Shown: in pieces, positions 24,050-37,192 of the stretch
How the letters are laid out: every line of letters begins with the position of its first letter
Position numbering within the stretch: position 1 is the first letter of the stretch
Origin: Ostrea edulis
Taxonomy: Eukaryota
Assembly (NCBI RefSeq): GCF_947568905.1
Contig: NC_079167.1
Location: 4,774,001 to 4,838,000 of the forward strand
Length of the DNA stretch: 64,000 nt
Direction: 5' to 3'
Program-made: the position numbers and the translations under genes
Notes under the pieces: generated by a model
Database searches by the model: none
What the model saw: the letters and a program-made list of their open reading frames with translations, nothing else
Told to the model about the DNA's origin: nothing

Positions 24050-26130
24050 TTTCTGCTCACTGTGTGACTATCCAAGTGTGTGTTCGTGTGGCGAACAATG
24101 ACTCTGGCAGAACAGATGCGAAAACCGGTGTACATAAAGAAAACCCAGTGAAATTCAAAGTAATAAAAACACATGATAACTGATTTTGAAAATAGCTGAT
24201 AAATTAATGAAAAAATTGAAGATGTGAAATGTATTCAAATGGACAGGGATATGGCGTATTTACGCCTGCTCCCAAACAAGTAGGTCAGTTGATATCTGAG
24301 GGCTTTGACATTCGATCCAGAAATGTTCGGGTGTTTGATAATAACCCCTTCTCTACGGGCATGTATGAGCAAGTTTTAAAAGTAACCACCAAGGGAGTCC
24401 CACTGTCCGTTGACAACACTGCGGTTAGAAACATTTTAGAGCTTTTCAATGTCACTTTGCGGAATAAGATAAAGCATGAAAAATCAGGAATCCTAAAACG
24501 TCAAAAAATTAGACGGAAACAGATTTGTTTACATAGAACTCTTCAGGATGGTCAGTTTCCTCCTCGCCAGGTGTGTCGGTTTATAGTGCTCGGTGTTTCA
24601 TGGAGGCCGACTTCAAATAAGAGTACATCTCGATATACTAACTGCTGGAGCAAAGAACGCTATGCAAATCAGTTTACAAGTGCGAAATGTTATAAGATGT
24701 ACAAAAATCTGATCATAATCCCGGGGACAAGAACTGCGAGTTCTATGCAGAAACTGATCCAAACATCATTGCTTTTAATGGAAAGGACCAGCAAGCAAGG
24801 TCTTCGGCATGGAACACAAATCTGCCGAACATGCGTACCAGTATGTTAGGGCTATGTGATCTGGGGACACAGCACGCGCCTCGTTCATCCACGAAGCACC
24901 CATAGCAATATATGATGAATTAGGCTGGGATACCTTATCAACCAAAAGAAAAGTTCATAAACTTATTTCATTTCACAAAATAGTATCTGGAATTGCTCCC
25001 CAATATCTTCAAGAACTTTTGATACCTTCCACAAAATTCATATCAATTGAGAAACTATGATAATCTTAGATTTATTCTTCCTCAAGTTAGGACCTCATCA
25101 TATGTGAATAGTTTTGTACCTTCAACAATCAATCTATGGAATGACCTACCTGTCCATATTAGAAACCTCCCTACTCTTACATCATTTAAAACTGCTATAA
25201 AAATATGTACTAAAAAACAAATAAACTGTTTAATCGGGGTAAACGCAATGCAAACATCTTGCATTGTCAATTGAGAAATAATGTTAGTAATCTAAATTTT
25301 GACTTACATAGTCAATTTCTACGAGATAATGCTACTTGTGATTTGTGTGGTCACCCTACTGAAAATGCTTATCTCATTTTTTCTTTGAATGTGTTCAGTA
25401 CAAAGAATTACTCGTTTAGAGTCAATATAAAGGCAAGTTCCCTTATCGATAAAGTTATTGCTGAGTGGCGAGATTCTTGAGTTCAAAGACAGCGTAAAGA
25501 CTTTTGAATATGTTCAGAGATACATTTTGTAGGGGTGTGATTTTTCCTCATTTTAGAGGAAATCCTCTGATTTGCTCGATTTTCTAAAAAAAATTAAATA
25601 CTCTTGGTTTGATCTAAAGTGACAGAAAATGATATTTTTCCAGGAAGGGTGAGGTGTTTTCCTCCCTTTTTGACCAGTTTTCCTCTGATTTCCGAGGAAT
25701 TCAGTTACACCCCTGATTTTGGAAATGCATTTAATACATGCGAGTTTGTTATGTATGTTTATTAAGCTTATCCTGTTGAGTCGGAACTTTTAATTTTTTC
25801 TCTCCTGCTCTGTTGTACTTATTCGTTTTTCTTTTACAATTTTTATTTGATTTCATTTTTGTCTCTTTTCTATGTCCCTTAGTTCCCACTAACCCCCCCC
25901 CCCCCCCCCCCCCTTATCTTTTGTTAGCTTGTTATTCATATCAAGAAATCATTCTACGAATATTAGCATTATAGTTTGAATGATATATTTATCCTTTTAC
26001 TTTATATCTATATCGTAGTCTTGTGTACGTCATTATGTGGAGTTTACCTTGTACATTAAAGTAGAATGCTTATATAGGCGTTAGCCTGCTGCCTAATTCT
26101 TATTATGTTATTCATAATAAAATACTGTAT
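24050..26130 (+). mobile_element. Internally deleted CR1/L2-type LINE (ORF1 5' part joined to ORF2 3' end and 3' UTR); duplicated at ~32140-34228
   Basis: ORF1-like KVTTKGVPLSVDN; ORF2 end SFVPSTINLWNDLP, GKRNANILHCQLR and a C.CG...E..H.FF.C zinc-knuckle; AATAAA near 26115. Boundaries approximate. Confidence 0.7.
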
Positions 26131-26539
26131 TAAGCACCCACAGCTTACGATGCCAAAATGCTGGGCAATAGAATTATGATATCTGAACAAACCAAGATCG
26201 TGGTCATGACCGACATACTAGATGCCAAAGCATCCCAAATTCAGAGTTTCAACGAAGCTCTTAAAAACGCTCATCCCAAATCCATTTTTGTTTAGTCTAC
26301 ATATGGCGACCTCTGGGGATCCAGTAATGCGGGAACAATCAACACGGTCACCAGTGGGTGGTGCGGTCAAAACCAACTGCACGGGGGAAATGATGGCCAA
26401 ATTAGCAAAAAAGTTTAAAACACTCCTGGTTTTCAGCGCTACCCACAGATCTAAGCACCGTGCTACGAACTCACCTCAAACGCGAAGTGTCATTCGCTCG
26501 CAAACAGCTGAAAGTCACAGCGATACATATTAGACACTA

Positions 26540-28330
26540 AATGAATGAACTCTCAATGATAGAGGGTTGAACAGTTCTGAGAAGTGTATAATTTTTTCTT
26601 TTGACTGGTTAAAGGATAGAATTGTCAATATTGCGTTTTACAAGAGACCCATTTTGTAGGGGGAAAATGAATGAAACACAATTGTAGGTGTACGTTCGGA
26701 AGAATTATATACAATTTTTCAATCTCATCCCATGCCAGGGGCATATCTGCAATTTTAGTAAACATGTATGTACCAGCATAAAACTCAAAATGGTAGAATT
26801 TTGTTGATTAACATGCTCTTCCAAGAGGAAAAATATGCATTAATAAATGGTTATTGTCCAAATATCAAAACTGATCAGATTTCTTTTTTTTCCAAAAAAC
26901 TTACAGCATATATTTCAAGACATGATATCGCAAAAGAAAATATTATTAAAGGAGATTTTATTTGTGTTTTTCAAGATATAGATAGATTTTAAAAACAAAT
27001 CAGTTCAGATAAAAGTTTCAATTTTATTGATTAAGCTTAGACTACATGATGTTTGGAGGAATGGTGCAATGCAAACAATACGCCTGTTACTAGGATTGAT
27101 TATATGAGTGATTCAGTAATAAGTAGAAAAAATAAACATAAAACATGTAGAGTGGATTTTTTTATTTAAAACGTTAACTACACCATTTGAATTTTGGTGA
27201 AAACTTTTTAAATGGATTAAAATACTATATACAAACCTGGTATTTAGAATTAAGAATAATGGTTGGATTTCTAGGACTTGTAAAATGACAGGAGGAATAA
27301 GACAAGGAAGTCCTACATCAGCTCTTCTTTTCATTTTCGTTACAGAAATGTTAGATCTAACAAAAATATTACAGGCTTTAGAATTCCAGAAATGAAACAG
27401 GAAATATAGTTCAACATGCTGATGATTGCACACTCCCAGTTAAAAATGAGGATTCCCTAAAAGAGGTCATTGACACAATAAAAAACTTGCAAACATTCTG
27501 GGCTTACTTTAAACATAGATAAAACTGAATGCCTACTAATAGGCTCAATGAAAGGTTCAGAATTTTTTAATTTGAATGTAATTGAGAACTGTGTGAAAAC
27601 ACTAGGAATATACATTGGTCTCAATGAAATAGAATGTTTCGGGGGTGGGGGATTGGATAAAATGACATAAAGATATGGAGAAATTGTTTGAATCCTGGAA
27701 AAAAGGAAAACTTTCTATCTTTGGAAAATGTTGTATCATTAATTCGTTAGCAATATCAAAGTTAGTCTATACTACAACACTGCTTATTATTCCTAACGAT
27801 GGTTTGATGAAAGATATTAAAATAAATTGAATTTTAATTTATCTGGGATACAGGAGAGAGGATATTTAAAGTAAAATACATTAATGAATGAAATTCTACA
27901 TGGAGGTATACACATTGTAGATTTACATTCAAAGTTTAAAGCGCTTAAAGCATCATGGATTCCCAAAATTATATCATGTAATCTTAAGTTAAAGGATTTT
28001 TTGAAAGTTTTTGTAGAAGAAATACGTTTGATTTACAATATTCATTCAACACAGTGTTCTTTTCTCAATGAAAAGCAACACAGATTTATTCCTCTTTTCT
28101 ACAGAGAAGTGGTTACATACGTAAAGAAAATCTTCTTTCACAGAATATCTCGAGAAATACCCTATTTTATACAAGAAAAATACTCTTTGCTCTAGGAACT
28201 GGATAAAGAGTGGTATATTGATTTATTTACTGAAAATGGGTTTTAAGAGATGTGTGATTTCATTTTAATAGGGCCTATGTAAACAAAATTGGTTATGTAA
28301 ATATATAATTCTTAAAACTGTTTTTAAAAA
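26540..28330 (+). mobile_element. Decayed L1/Tx1-type LINE ORF2 (APE endonuclease and RT pieces); duplicated at ~38557-40325 with an internal inversion
   Basis: GRILLIN...LINGYCPN and GDF (APE); GGIRQGSPTSALLFI and QHADDCTL (RT); GGIHIVDL..KFKALKASWI. Confidence 0.75.
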
Positions 28331-28536
28331 AAGCAGTTGATCTGGATGTAGTTAGCTATTATGACACTTGTGAAGTATTTACATTTGTCCTACATTTACC
28401 GCCTGCCTTCGAAAATGAAAGTAGATCTTGATCATGAAAACGTTTGTTTGCAAAAGTTCTTAGGTACGTTGTGAACTTGAAACGGTGTTGAAATTCACAT
28501 CGTATTATTTCACTGACGACTCCTTGAAATCATAAT

Positions 28537-29661
28537 ATGTATGAGCCCCAGGAAAGGCAAGAACAAATTATAGAAGCGATCAAAGAGAACAATTTGTCAG
28601 CACTAGAAAAGTTAATCTGCCAAGATAAAGTGTCTCCTAACTTCTACATCAATAATACAAGCCCTATGTGCACAGCAGCAGAAGAAGGAAATGATGCAGT
28701 CCTAGCTATTCTTCTCCGTAGTCATTGTATTCTCGACACTTCAAATGTGCGGCATGACGTATGGCAACTACTGCCAATACACACTGCAGCATCTAAAGGA
28801 CATGGTGCATTCCTAAAGCTACTTCTTGAACATATCGAAGATGTCAATGTTAAAGACAGTGATGGACTCACTGCCCTGCACTGGGCAGCTAGGTCTGGAT
28901 ATGATAATATAGCAGAAATGTTGTTAAAAGCAGGGGCCAATGTGAATGGTGCTCAGCGCAATGGCTTTACCCCTCTCTTTTTTGCGACTTATACTGGACA
29001 CATTGAAGTTTATCGTGTTTTGCTAAAATATGGAGGAGATGCAATGATTTGTGATGAAGAAGGATGGAATATTATCCACACAGCAGCTAGTTATGGGCAT
29101 TTTCAGATCTTGAAACTAATGTCGCTCTCAGGACCTTGTTTATCATGCAGAACAGTAAATGGAGAGAATGCCTTGCACCTTGCAGTAGATGGTGGTCATC
29201 TCCATATTGTCAAGCACCTTGTACAGTATGGCATTCCATTGAACACACAGACAAAAGAAGGATTTACAGCTCTCCATCTCAGTGTACAATTCAACAGGCC
29301 AGCTGTCTTTAAATTCTTACTGCAGGCAGGAGCTAATATGTATATTCTCAACAATGAAGGGCAAAGTATATGTTATTTAATTGCACTCAAGATGGATCCA
29401 ACATTTATAGAATTACTTGTGGATGCTGGCTACAATTTTAGTACAGAAGATTGGATTCTTAGCAATTCATTCCCAGCTACTAACAATAAAACGGAGGTCA
29501 TGAAAAATTATATGAGAAGTGTAGCACAGAATCCACTAACTTTATTCCATCTTTGTCAGTTGAGAACTGCTCGCTTACTTGGCTGGAACTTTGAAACTCT
29601 TGCAGATTCTTTACCTCTTCCACCATTCTTAAAGGATGTTATAAAACAAACTGGACCATAA
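28537..29661 (+). CDS. Intronless ankyrin-repeat and SOCS-box protein (ASB-like), paralog B1, 374 aa
   Basis: Uninterrupted ORF; ankyrin repeats plus SOCS box PLTLFHLCQLRTARLL...LPLPPFLKD. Confidence 0.92.
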   Translation: MYEPQERQEQIIEAIKENNLSALEKLICQDKVSPNFYINNTSPMCTAAEEGNDAVLAILLRSHCILDTSNVRHDVWQLLPIHTAASKGHGAFLKLLLEHIEDVNVKDSDGLTALHWAARSGYDNIAEMLLKAGANVNGAQRNGFTPLFFATYTGHIEVYRVLLKYGGDAMICDEEGWNIIHTAASYGHFQILKLMSLSGPCLSCRTVNGENALHLAVDGGHLHIVKHLVQYGIPLNTQTKEGFTALHLSVQFNRPAVFKFLLQAGANMYILNNEGQSICYLIALKMDPTFIELLVDAGYNFSTEDWILSNSFPATNNKTEVMKNYMRSVAQNPLTLFHLCQLRTARLLGWNFETLADSLPLPPFLKDVIKQTGP

Positions 29662-30469
29662 CTTATAGATATGATCAATGAAATAAATATATTCAATGAG
29701 AAGACATACTGGTACATGCTAATTTTTCATTTATAACATTTTCATATGGAGTTGCATTGTTAATCAAGCTCTAATGATAATAGATGTCACCTGTTGCTTT
29801 AGGCCGCAAATTATAAAGGCTCTTCAAGTAAAGTTTCATGATGGCTAAAAGCAGATCAGTTCTTAAGAGTGTTCACGTTGTGACCTGCAGTTTCAGACAC
29901 AGCTACTCAAATCTACCATATAACATTTTTTGTAGCGACTGCTCCTTTTATTATGCTTGTCTTTTAGAAGTAATAGTCATAGGTTTTTCATATGAGACCT
30001 TAATAAAAACAGGTCATGTGCCACAGCAAGCATTGGCATTGTAAAGAATCCTCACTGCTACAGCATTGAGCACCATGCTTTGTGGCACTTTACTTCAGTT
30101 GGTTATGTTTCTACAAGGAGTGAAAAATTCTCAAAATCTAGAAATAGTACCCAAGATATTCTGAAACCAAGGTGTTGCAGACCGATGGACAGACCTAAAC
30201 ATTAAACAAAACATTCATTGGTGTCGGTTTTATAACAATGAGGGAAATGAAATTACATGTACATTAAATGAACAAGTACTAGTACTCTTTTAAGATTTTT
30301 CTTATAATTAGCACATATAAATATTCTCGGTGCACAATTCACGAAACACAAGCCTACTGTTGTAATTGATGGATTTGTTTAATATACAATGTAACAGTAT
30401 ATAAGTGAACACCAGCTGGTAATATGTGCTTGCAGAATAATTTCAATCACAATGGTTTTTCATAACTCT

Positions 30470-30544
30470 TCACGGAGGAAGTTGGCTGAAAGCTTCATAA
30501 ACATTGGCAGCCAATGTCTTTGCAGATTCCAATAGCAGTAATTC
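30470..30544 (-). pseudogene. PEX3: Orphan duplicate of the PEX3 terminal coding exon, with acceptor and 3' UTR
   Basis: Same sequence as 42456-42530 (ELLLLESAKTLAANVYEAFSQLPP*); intact CT(AG) acceptor at 30545-30546. Confidence 0.85.
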
Positions 30545-31438
30545 CTGTAAGAGAAAAAGTGAGTACATGTAATCATGCAATGAAAGACAAGTGACCATGA
30601 CCTTATGAGTATGCTAGTATTTTATGTGCCAATCCTGCCTGTCACAACTGTGTGTGAAGTTTTGCAAAGATGTGTAAAAGTTTTAAAATATATAATTGTG
30701 TAATGTTTTATATACTTAGTTTACCCCAAAATTATTTAGTTTATGTTCAAAGTCCTCTTGACCTTTCAATTCGCATAATTTCTTAAAATCAGTATAGGTC
30801 ATTTAACCATGCCTTCACCAATTCTTCCAAAAAATAAATTGTGATGTATTTGCTAGTCAACAGTTTTTAGCTAATAATTTAAAAGGTCTGCTTCAAAGTT
30901 GTCAGCATAGCTGTTGACAGCAGTCAATCTTTAGCATTTACCTTGGCTGTTCATTAATGAGGGGTCTATGTACCTTAACAGTCACGCGAGTACCACACAA
31001 AACAGAACGTAAACTAGTAAACTAAAGTGCTGATGGACACACAGAAATCTGAAAATCAAAAGGGGTCTTCCTCTTTTAAAATTTTAAAAGTTGGATGTCC
31101 TTGAAGACAAAAAAGAATGTTTAATTTTTCTGATTCTGGTCATAATCAATCTTAGTTTGTGCCAAATAAGAGCCATTTTCATTTACAAAGCAGTATGGTC
31201 ATGTACTTTATAGCTTTAAAAGCCCACCCTAGCAACAGAACCTGATTCTGGGGCCATTTTGGTGAAAGGTTTCTATTTTCATTATAACTGCATGTGTACT
31301 TGGTTTGGTTTGGTTGTTTCATGTCCACGAGTTAAGAAGATTTTGAATTAAACCAGTATTCTGTAAATCTTACATAACAATACATTACCTTACCAGCCCC
31401 AAGTTAAATTGTTCATGTAATATTTTGTGTGATCAAAC

Positions 31439-31725
31439 TTGCACTCAAGATGGATCCAACATTTATAGAATTACTAGTGGATGCTGGCTACAATTTTAGT
31501 ACAGAAGATTGGATTCTTAGCAATTCATTCCCAGCTACTAACAATACAATTCAGGGCCTCGGCATGAAAAAATATATAAGGAGCATAGCACGGAATCCAC
31601 TAACTTTATTCCATCTTTGTCAGTTTAGAATTGCTCGCTTGCTTGGCTGGAACTTTAAAACTCTTGCAGAGTCGTTACCCATTCCGACATACTTAAAGCA
31701 GGTTATGAAACAAACTGGACCATAG
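31439..31725 (+). pseudogene. 5'-truncated copy (A') of ASB-like paralog A: SOCS-box end only
   Basis: Matches 23354-23640 apart from two codon changes (S>G, F>L); begins exactly at the duplication junction. Confidence 0.88.
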
Positions 31726-34579
31726 CTTTTGGATCGACATAATCAACAAAATAAATTTATCGACGACGTTTTATCTATTAACAATAATAATTATCATTAT
31801 CATTGTCGATTCGATGTATCCGTGTGAACAACAAATAAAAGACACTATAGAGTTGTCCACTTCTGCTTCATACTTAGATATTTCATTGAAAGTAGATATT
31901 AAAGGGAAATTATCGACTTTATGAAAAAAGTCACGTGGTACGGAAAGGTAATGGACGTGTTTTCTACCTGTCCGTATTTTTGACCGATAAATCTGAGTTT
32001 CTCAGAGTTTCTACAAATTCCTGTTGACGCAAAAGTGGATACTTTTAAAAGGTAACTGTCAACCTTCAACTTTTGCCAAGGAAATGCGCTTTCTTTAAAC
32101 TTTGTAAATAGTTTGTATATGAATATACACTAGCCTTGAGTTTCTGCTCACTGTGTGACTATCCAAGTGTGTGTTCGTGTGGCGAACAATGACTCTGGCA
32201 GAACAGATGCGAAAACCGGTGTACATAAAGAAAACCCAGTGAAATTCAAAGTAATAAAAACACATGATAACTGATTTTGAAAATAGCTGATAAATTAATG
32301 AAAAAATTGAAGATGTGAAATGTATTCAAATGGACAGGGATATGGCGTATTTACGCCTGCTCCCAAACAAGTAGGTCAGTTGATATCTGAGGGCTTTGAC
32401 ATTCGATCCAGAAATGTTCGGGTGTTTGATAATAACCCCTTCTCTACGGGCATGTATGAGCAAGTTTTAAAAGTAACCATCAAGGGAGTCCCACTGTCCG
32501 TTGACTGCGGTTAGAAACATTTTAGAGCTTTTCAATGTCACTTTGCGGAATGAGATAAAGCATAAAAAATCAGGAATCCTAAAACGTCAAAAAATGACAA
32601 AATTAGACGGAAACAGATTTGTTTACATAGAACTCTTCAGGATGGTCAGTTTCCTCCTCGCCAGGTGTGTCGGTTTATAGTGCTCGGTGTTTCATGGAGG
32701 CCGACTTCAAATAAGAGTACATCTCGATATACTAACTGCTGGAGCAAAGAACGCTATGCAAATCAGTTTACAAGTGCGAAATGTTATAAGATGTACAAAA
32801 ATCTGATCATAATCCCGGGGACAAGAACTGCGAGTTCTATGCAGAAACTGATCCAAACATCATTGCTTTTAATGGAAAGGACCAGCAAGCAAGGTCTTCG
32901 GCATGGAACACAAATCTGCCGAACATGCGTACCAGTATGTTAGGGCTATGTGATCTGGGGACACAGCACGCGCCTCGTTCATCCACGAAGCACCCATAGC
33001 AATATATGATGAATTAGGCTGGGATACCTTATCAACCAAAAGAAAAGTTCATAAACTTATTTCATTTCACAAAATAGTATCTGGAATTGCTCCCCAATAT
33101 CTTCAAGAACTTTTGATACCTTCCACAAAATTCATATCAATTGAGAAACTATGATAATCTTAGATTTATTCTTCCTCAAGTTAGGACCTCATCATATGTG
33201 AATAGTTTTGTACCTTCAACAATCAATCTATGGAATGACCTACCTGTCCATATTAGAAACCTCTCTACTCTTACATCATTTAAAACTGCTATAAAAATAT
33301 GTACTAAAAAAACAAATAAACTGTTTAATCGGGGTAAACGCAATGCAAACATCTTGCATTGCCAATTGAGAAATAATGTTAGTAATCTAAATTTTGACTT
33401 ACATAGTCAATTTCTACGAGATAATGCTATTTGTGATTTGTGTGGTCACCCTACTGAAAATGCTTATCTCATTTTTTCTTTGAATGTGTTCAGTACAAAG
33501 AATTACTCGTTTAGAGTCAATATAAAGGCAAGTTCCCTTATCGATAAAGTTATTGCTGAGTGGTGAGATTCTTGAGTTCAAAGATAGCATAAAGACTTTT
33601 GAATATGTTCAGAGATACATTTTGTAGGGGTGTGATTTTTCCTCATTTTAGAGGAAATCCTCTGATTTGCTCGATTTTCTAAAAAAAAAAATTAAATACT
33701 CTTGGTTTGATCTAAAGTGACAGAAAATGATATTTTTCCAGGAATTAAGGGTGAGGTGTTTTCCTCCCTTTTTGACCAGTTTTCCTCTGATTTCCGAGGA
33801 ATTCAGTCACACCCCTGATTTTGGAAATGCATTTAATACATGCGAGTTTGTTATGTATGTTTATTAAGCTTATCCTGTTGAGTCGGAACTCTTAATTTTT
33901 TCTCTCCTGCTCTGTTGTACTTATTCGTTTTTCTTTTACAATTTTTATTTGATTTCATTTTTTTCTCTTTTCTATGTCCCTTAGTTCCCACTACCCCCCC
34001 CCCCCCCCCCACATTTATCTTTTGTTAGCTTGTTATTCATATCAAGAAATCATAATACGAATATTAGCATTATACTTTGAATGATATATTATCCTTTTAC
34101 TTTATATCTATATTGTAATCTTGTGTACGTCATTATGTGGAGTTTACCTTGTACATTAAAGTAGAATGCTTATATAGGCGTTGCCTGCTGCCTAATCCTT
34201 ATTATGTTAATCATAATAAAATACTGTATTAAGCACCCACAGCTTACGATGCCAAAATGCTGGGCAATAGAATTATGATATCTGAACAAACCAAGATCGT
34301 GGTCATGACCGACATACTAGATGCCAAAGCATCCCAAATTCAGAGTTTCAACGAAGCTCTTAAAAACGCTCATCCCAAATCCATTTTTGTTTAGTCTACA
34401 TATGGCGACCTCTGGGGATCCAGTAATGCGGGAACAATCAACACGGTCACCAGTGGGTGGTGCGGTCAAAACCATAGACATATAACAGAGGGACCGCTGA
34501 CTTCCTTTCGCGCCAAATTATCTTCCTGTTTTCACAGCGCCCTCATCGGGAGTCATAAGCGAAACTTCCTGTTACAGAA

Positions 34580-36413
34580 ATGGCTTGTAGTGACGAAAAT
34601 CTGGTTGATGTTTTCAAGGTAAAAACATAACTAAAATCATTATCATAACCTGTATATTTCAATTTCACAGAAGCAAAAGAATAATAGAAATTGCAACGAT
34701 CAACCATACCATGATATGCCAATAGAAAGTATTTTGAGATGGTACCTAAGTAGGCCTGGCCCAGTTGAAAAGTTAATTACCGGTATATAGGTAATACAAG
34801 GCATCCCTGGTATCGTAATCATAATTACACAGTATGTCTAAGTAGCCAGTCTATATTTTAACCATGCACATATACAGAACGATATATCTATGAATACAAG
34901 ACGCAATATCATGTCACTCCGTGTGTGTGTGTGTGGTGGGGGGGGGGGGGGGGGGGGGGGGGTATGCAAAACTTCAGAAGCCTACCGGCGTTAATTTGTA
35001 TTAAATTGTTCTTTTTACATTATTTTCATTGGCTCAGGATATAGGAGATGATACTTTTGAGGAACTTGACATGCCAACAGCTCCAGAGAAAATAAAAATT
35101 ACATGTTTATCAGAAGACTTGATCAACAAGGTCATTATCCAGATTAAAAATGACATGATTTTGCCCGCCGAAGTTAAACGACCTCTTGAATCTATAAGTG
35201 GTAATTTGCATTTATTGTGTCTATTTGTTGATATTGCGAGATTTCTGTTGTGTTATTATTTGGTGTTTTTATTTTCTTCTTCCAGGTTTTATCTTAACTT
35301 TGTTTTTGTTCTTTATATGTGGTAGCTGAGAAAAGTACACAAATTGACTTCATATTTAAATTGTCAATTTTGTCCTTTGATCACTGACTGCAATTTTTAT
35401 TCTTCATGATGAGGAATGGTTACAAATTTGAATGATCTACAAAGTCTGGTCCAAGGGAATGTGAATAATAACATTCAGGAAATGACAAGTCTGTATCCTT
35501 TTTACAAGTTGAAATAATTAAAAACACTAAAATCTATCTTTTTATACTTATATGATTTATATACAATATGGATGTAAATATTTTACAAATAATTCATGGA
35601 AATGTCAAACAGTTAATAACTCATATGTTAAAACTTTGTTGTTATTGTATGAAATTAACATAACAACTGTCCTTTACAGCTGCTGACTTGGTTCCAGCTC
35701 TTCAGCAGTTAGACACCATCATGAAGGCAGAAGTATTCTCTAGTGCAGCCAAGGAAAAGGCCTGGCATAATTTCCATCTCATACAGGCAGATGTTGTGCA
35801 GAAACTTCAAAAAGTTGTAAACAAGCAACAATTGTCAGCTTTCATATCGATTAGAACAGCTGAAGAAATTATTAGAGAGAATACACCATCTTCGAATTCT
35901 TCTGTAAAATTAGACACAAAAAATGTCCTGAGAATTGGGGAGAGAGATATTATTGCATACATTGCAGGCTTCGTATTGTTTCGATGCAAACAAAAATTGT
36001 CCTCTTCTTTTGATGTCAAAAAATATATGAGCAAACTCATTGACACAGACGGAAACACTAAATTAATTTCCATAAAATCCAGAGGTGGTCTAACCCAGCC
36101 CTCTTCTGAAGCGATAAATTTCTTTGTAGTTTTAGAACTTGTGTTTAGAAATTCATGCACAGCAGTGTCAGTTCCAACACTTCAACAGTTCACCAATACA
36201 ATTTGTCGAGAAAATGACGCTATGTCCATGTTCTATGATTGCACTTATCATTCAGAATCAGATGTGGTAATGCAAGAGAAATTATTTTTCACAATGCTAT
36301 CAATATTTCACAGAGTAAGATGTCATGCTAGGTGCAGACAACTCATGGAAATTTACTACTTAAGAACAAAATCTGCTAGCAAGCAAAAAGCTCTACGCAA
36401 ATGTATTGACTGA
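34580..36413 (+). CDS. Transposon-borne 311-aa protein resembling the C-terminal domain of P-element/THAP9 transposases
   Basis: Exons 34580-34618, 35038-35200, 35680-36413 (936 nt, phases 0 and 1 compatible, no stops); motifs IAYIAGFV, LISIKSRGGLTQPS, FHRVRCHA, KALRK. Confidence 0.75.
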
Positions 36414-36739
36414 TTTTCAAATTAAAAAATAATCATGCAATTTTGTCAGTGTGTTTATTACAGCTAAGTTTTCATGGACTGTTTGTTATAACAATGAGTC
36501 TTTTTTTCTCCCGTCCTTTTTGCAGTATTTTCTTTGGGCACAAAGTTGAAGGCTAAGCTCCTCTGAACTGAAGTTGGTTTTCTTGGTAACTATAAAACAG
36601 AAAACAAAACAAAACAGCAAATGTTTCAAAGTTCAACAGTAACAACTACTAATATACAAAAACTGCTAACAAGCAAAAGCACTACATGTATATGTTGACC
36701 AGATATTATGATTTGTTTTTCTTCCCCAATTTAAAAGTG

Positions 36740-37135
36740 CTCCAAACTACACCTACCCACCCCCTTTAATGTACTGCATTCAACATTGATGTGACCAATG
36801 TCGTGCATTAAATAAAAATAATGAGCTATAAAACAGTTTTCTTTGATCCACTGTAAATTGAAGAAATTACTGAACACTTGGGTCAAAATAATGTAAACAT
36901 ATACAAGAATTTTCAACCCTCCACCCATCTTAGATCCACCATAACTTTTTCGAAAATGATTGGATCCTCATTTTCCGACAATGTGCACATCTACAAATGA
37001 CAATGAAGCATTGCAGAGATTTTCAAGTGTATCTAACAAGTCATACAGGAGGAGAAGCATTTTCAAGATTTTCAGACAGACGGACAGAAAGTACAAAAAC
37101 AATGTCTTCCCCCAGAAGAGGGGAGACATAATTAA
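36740..37135 (-). mobile_element. Helentron-like fragment nested in the P element (same family as 56660-57502)
   Basis: Shares CCCATCTTAGATCCAC...GGATCCTC...CACATCTACAAATG and the CAGACGGACAGAAAGTACAAAAACAAT..GGGGAGACATAATT terminus. Confidence 0.65.
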
Positions 37136-37192
37136 CATTGATTTTCAAATACAGAATTGGATATATATACAACTTTGTTAAGTAAGCTTCTT

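Noticed and set aside
24229-24849. 206-aa ORF as a host gene
   Set aside because: The N-terminal part is LINE ORF1-like, the frame is broken in the duplicate (32320/32665), and it runs into LINE ORF2 3' sequence.
35807-36160. 117-aa antisense ORF inside the P-element partner gene (and 72-aa antisense ORFs over the ASB genes)
   Set aside because: Shadow ORFs of real coding sequence on the opposite strand.
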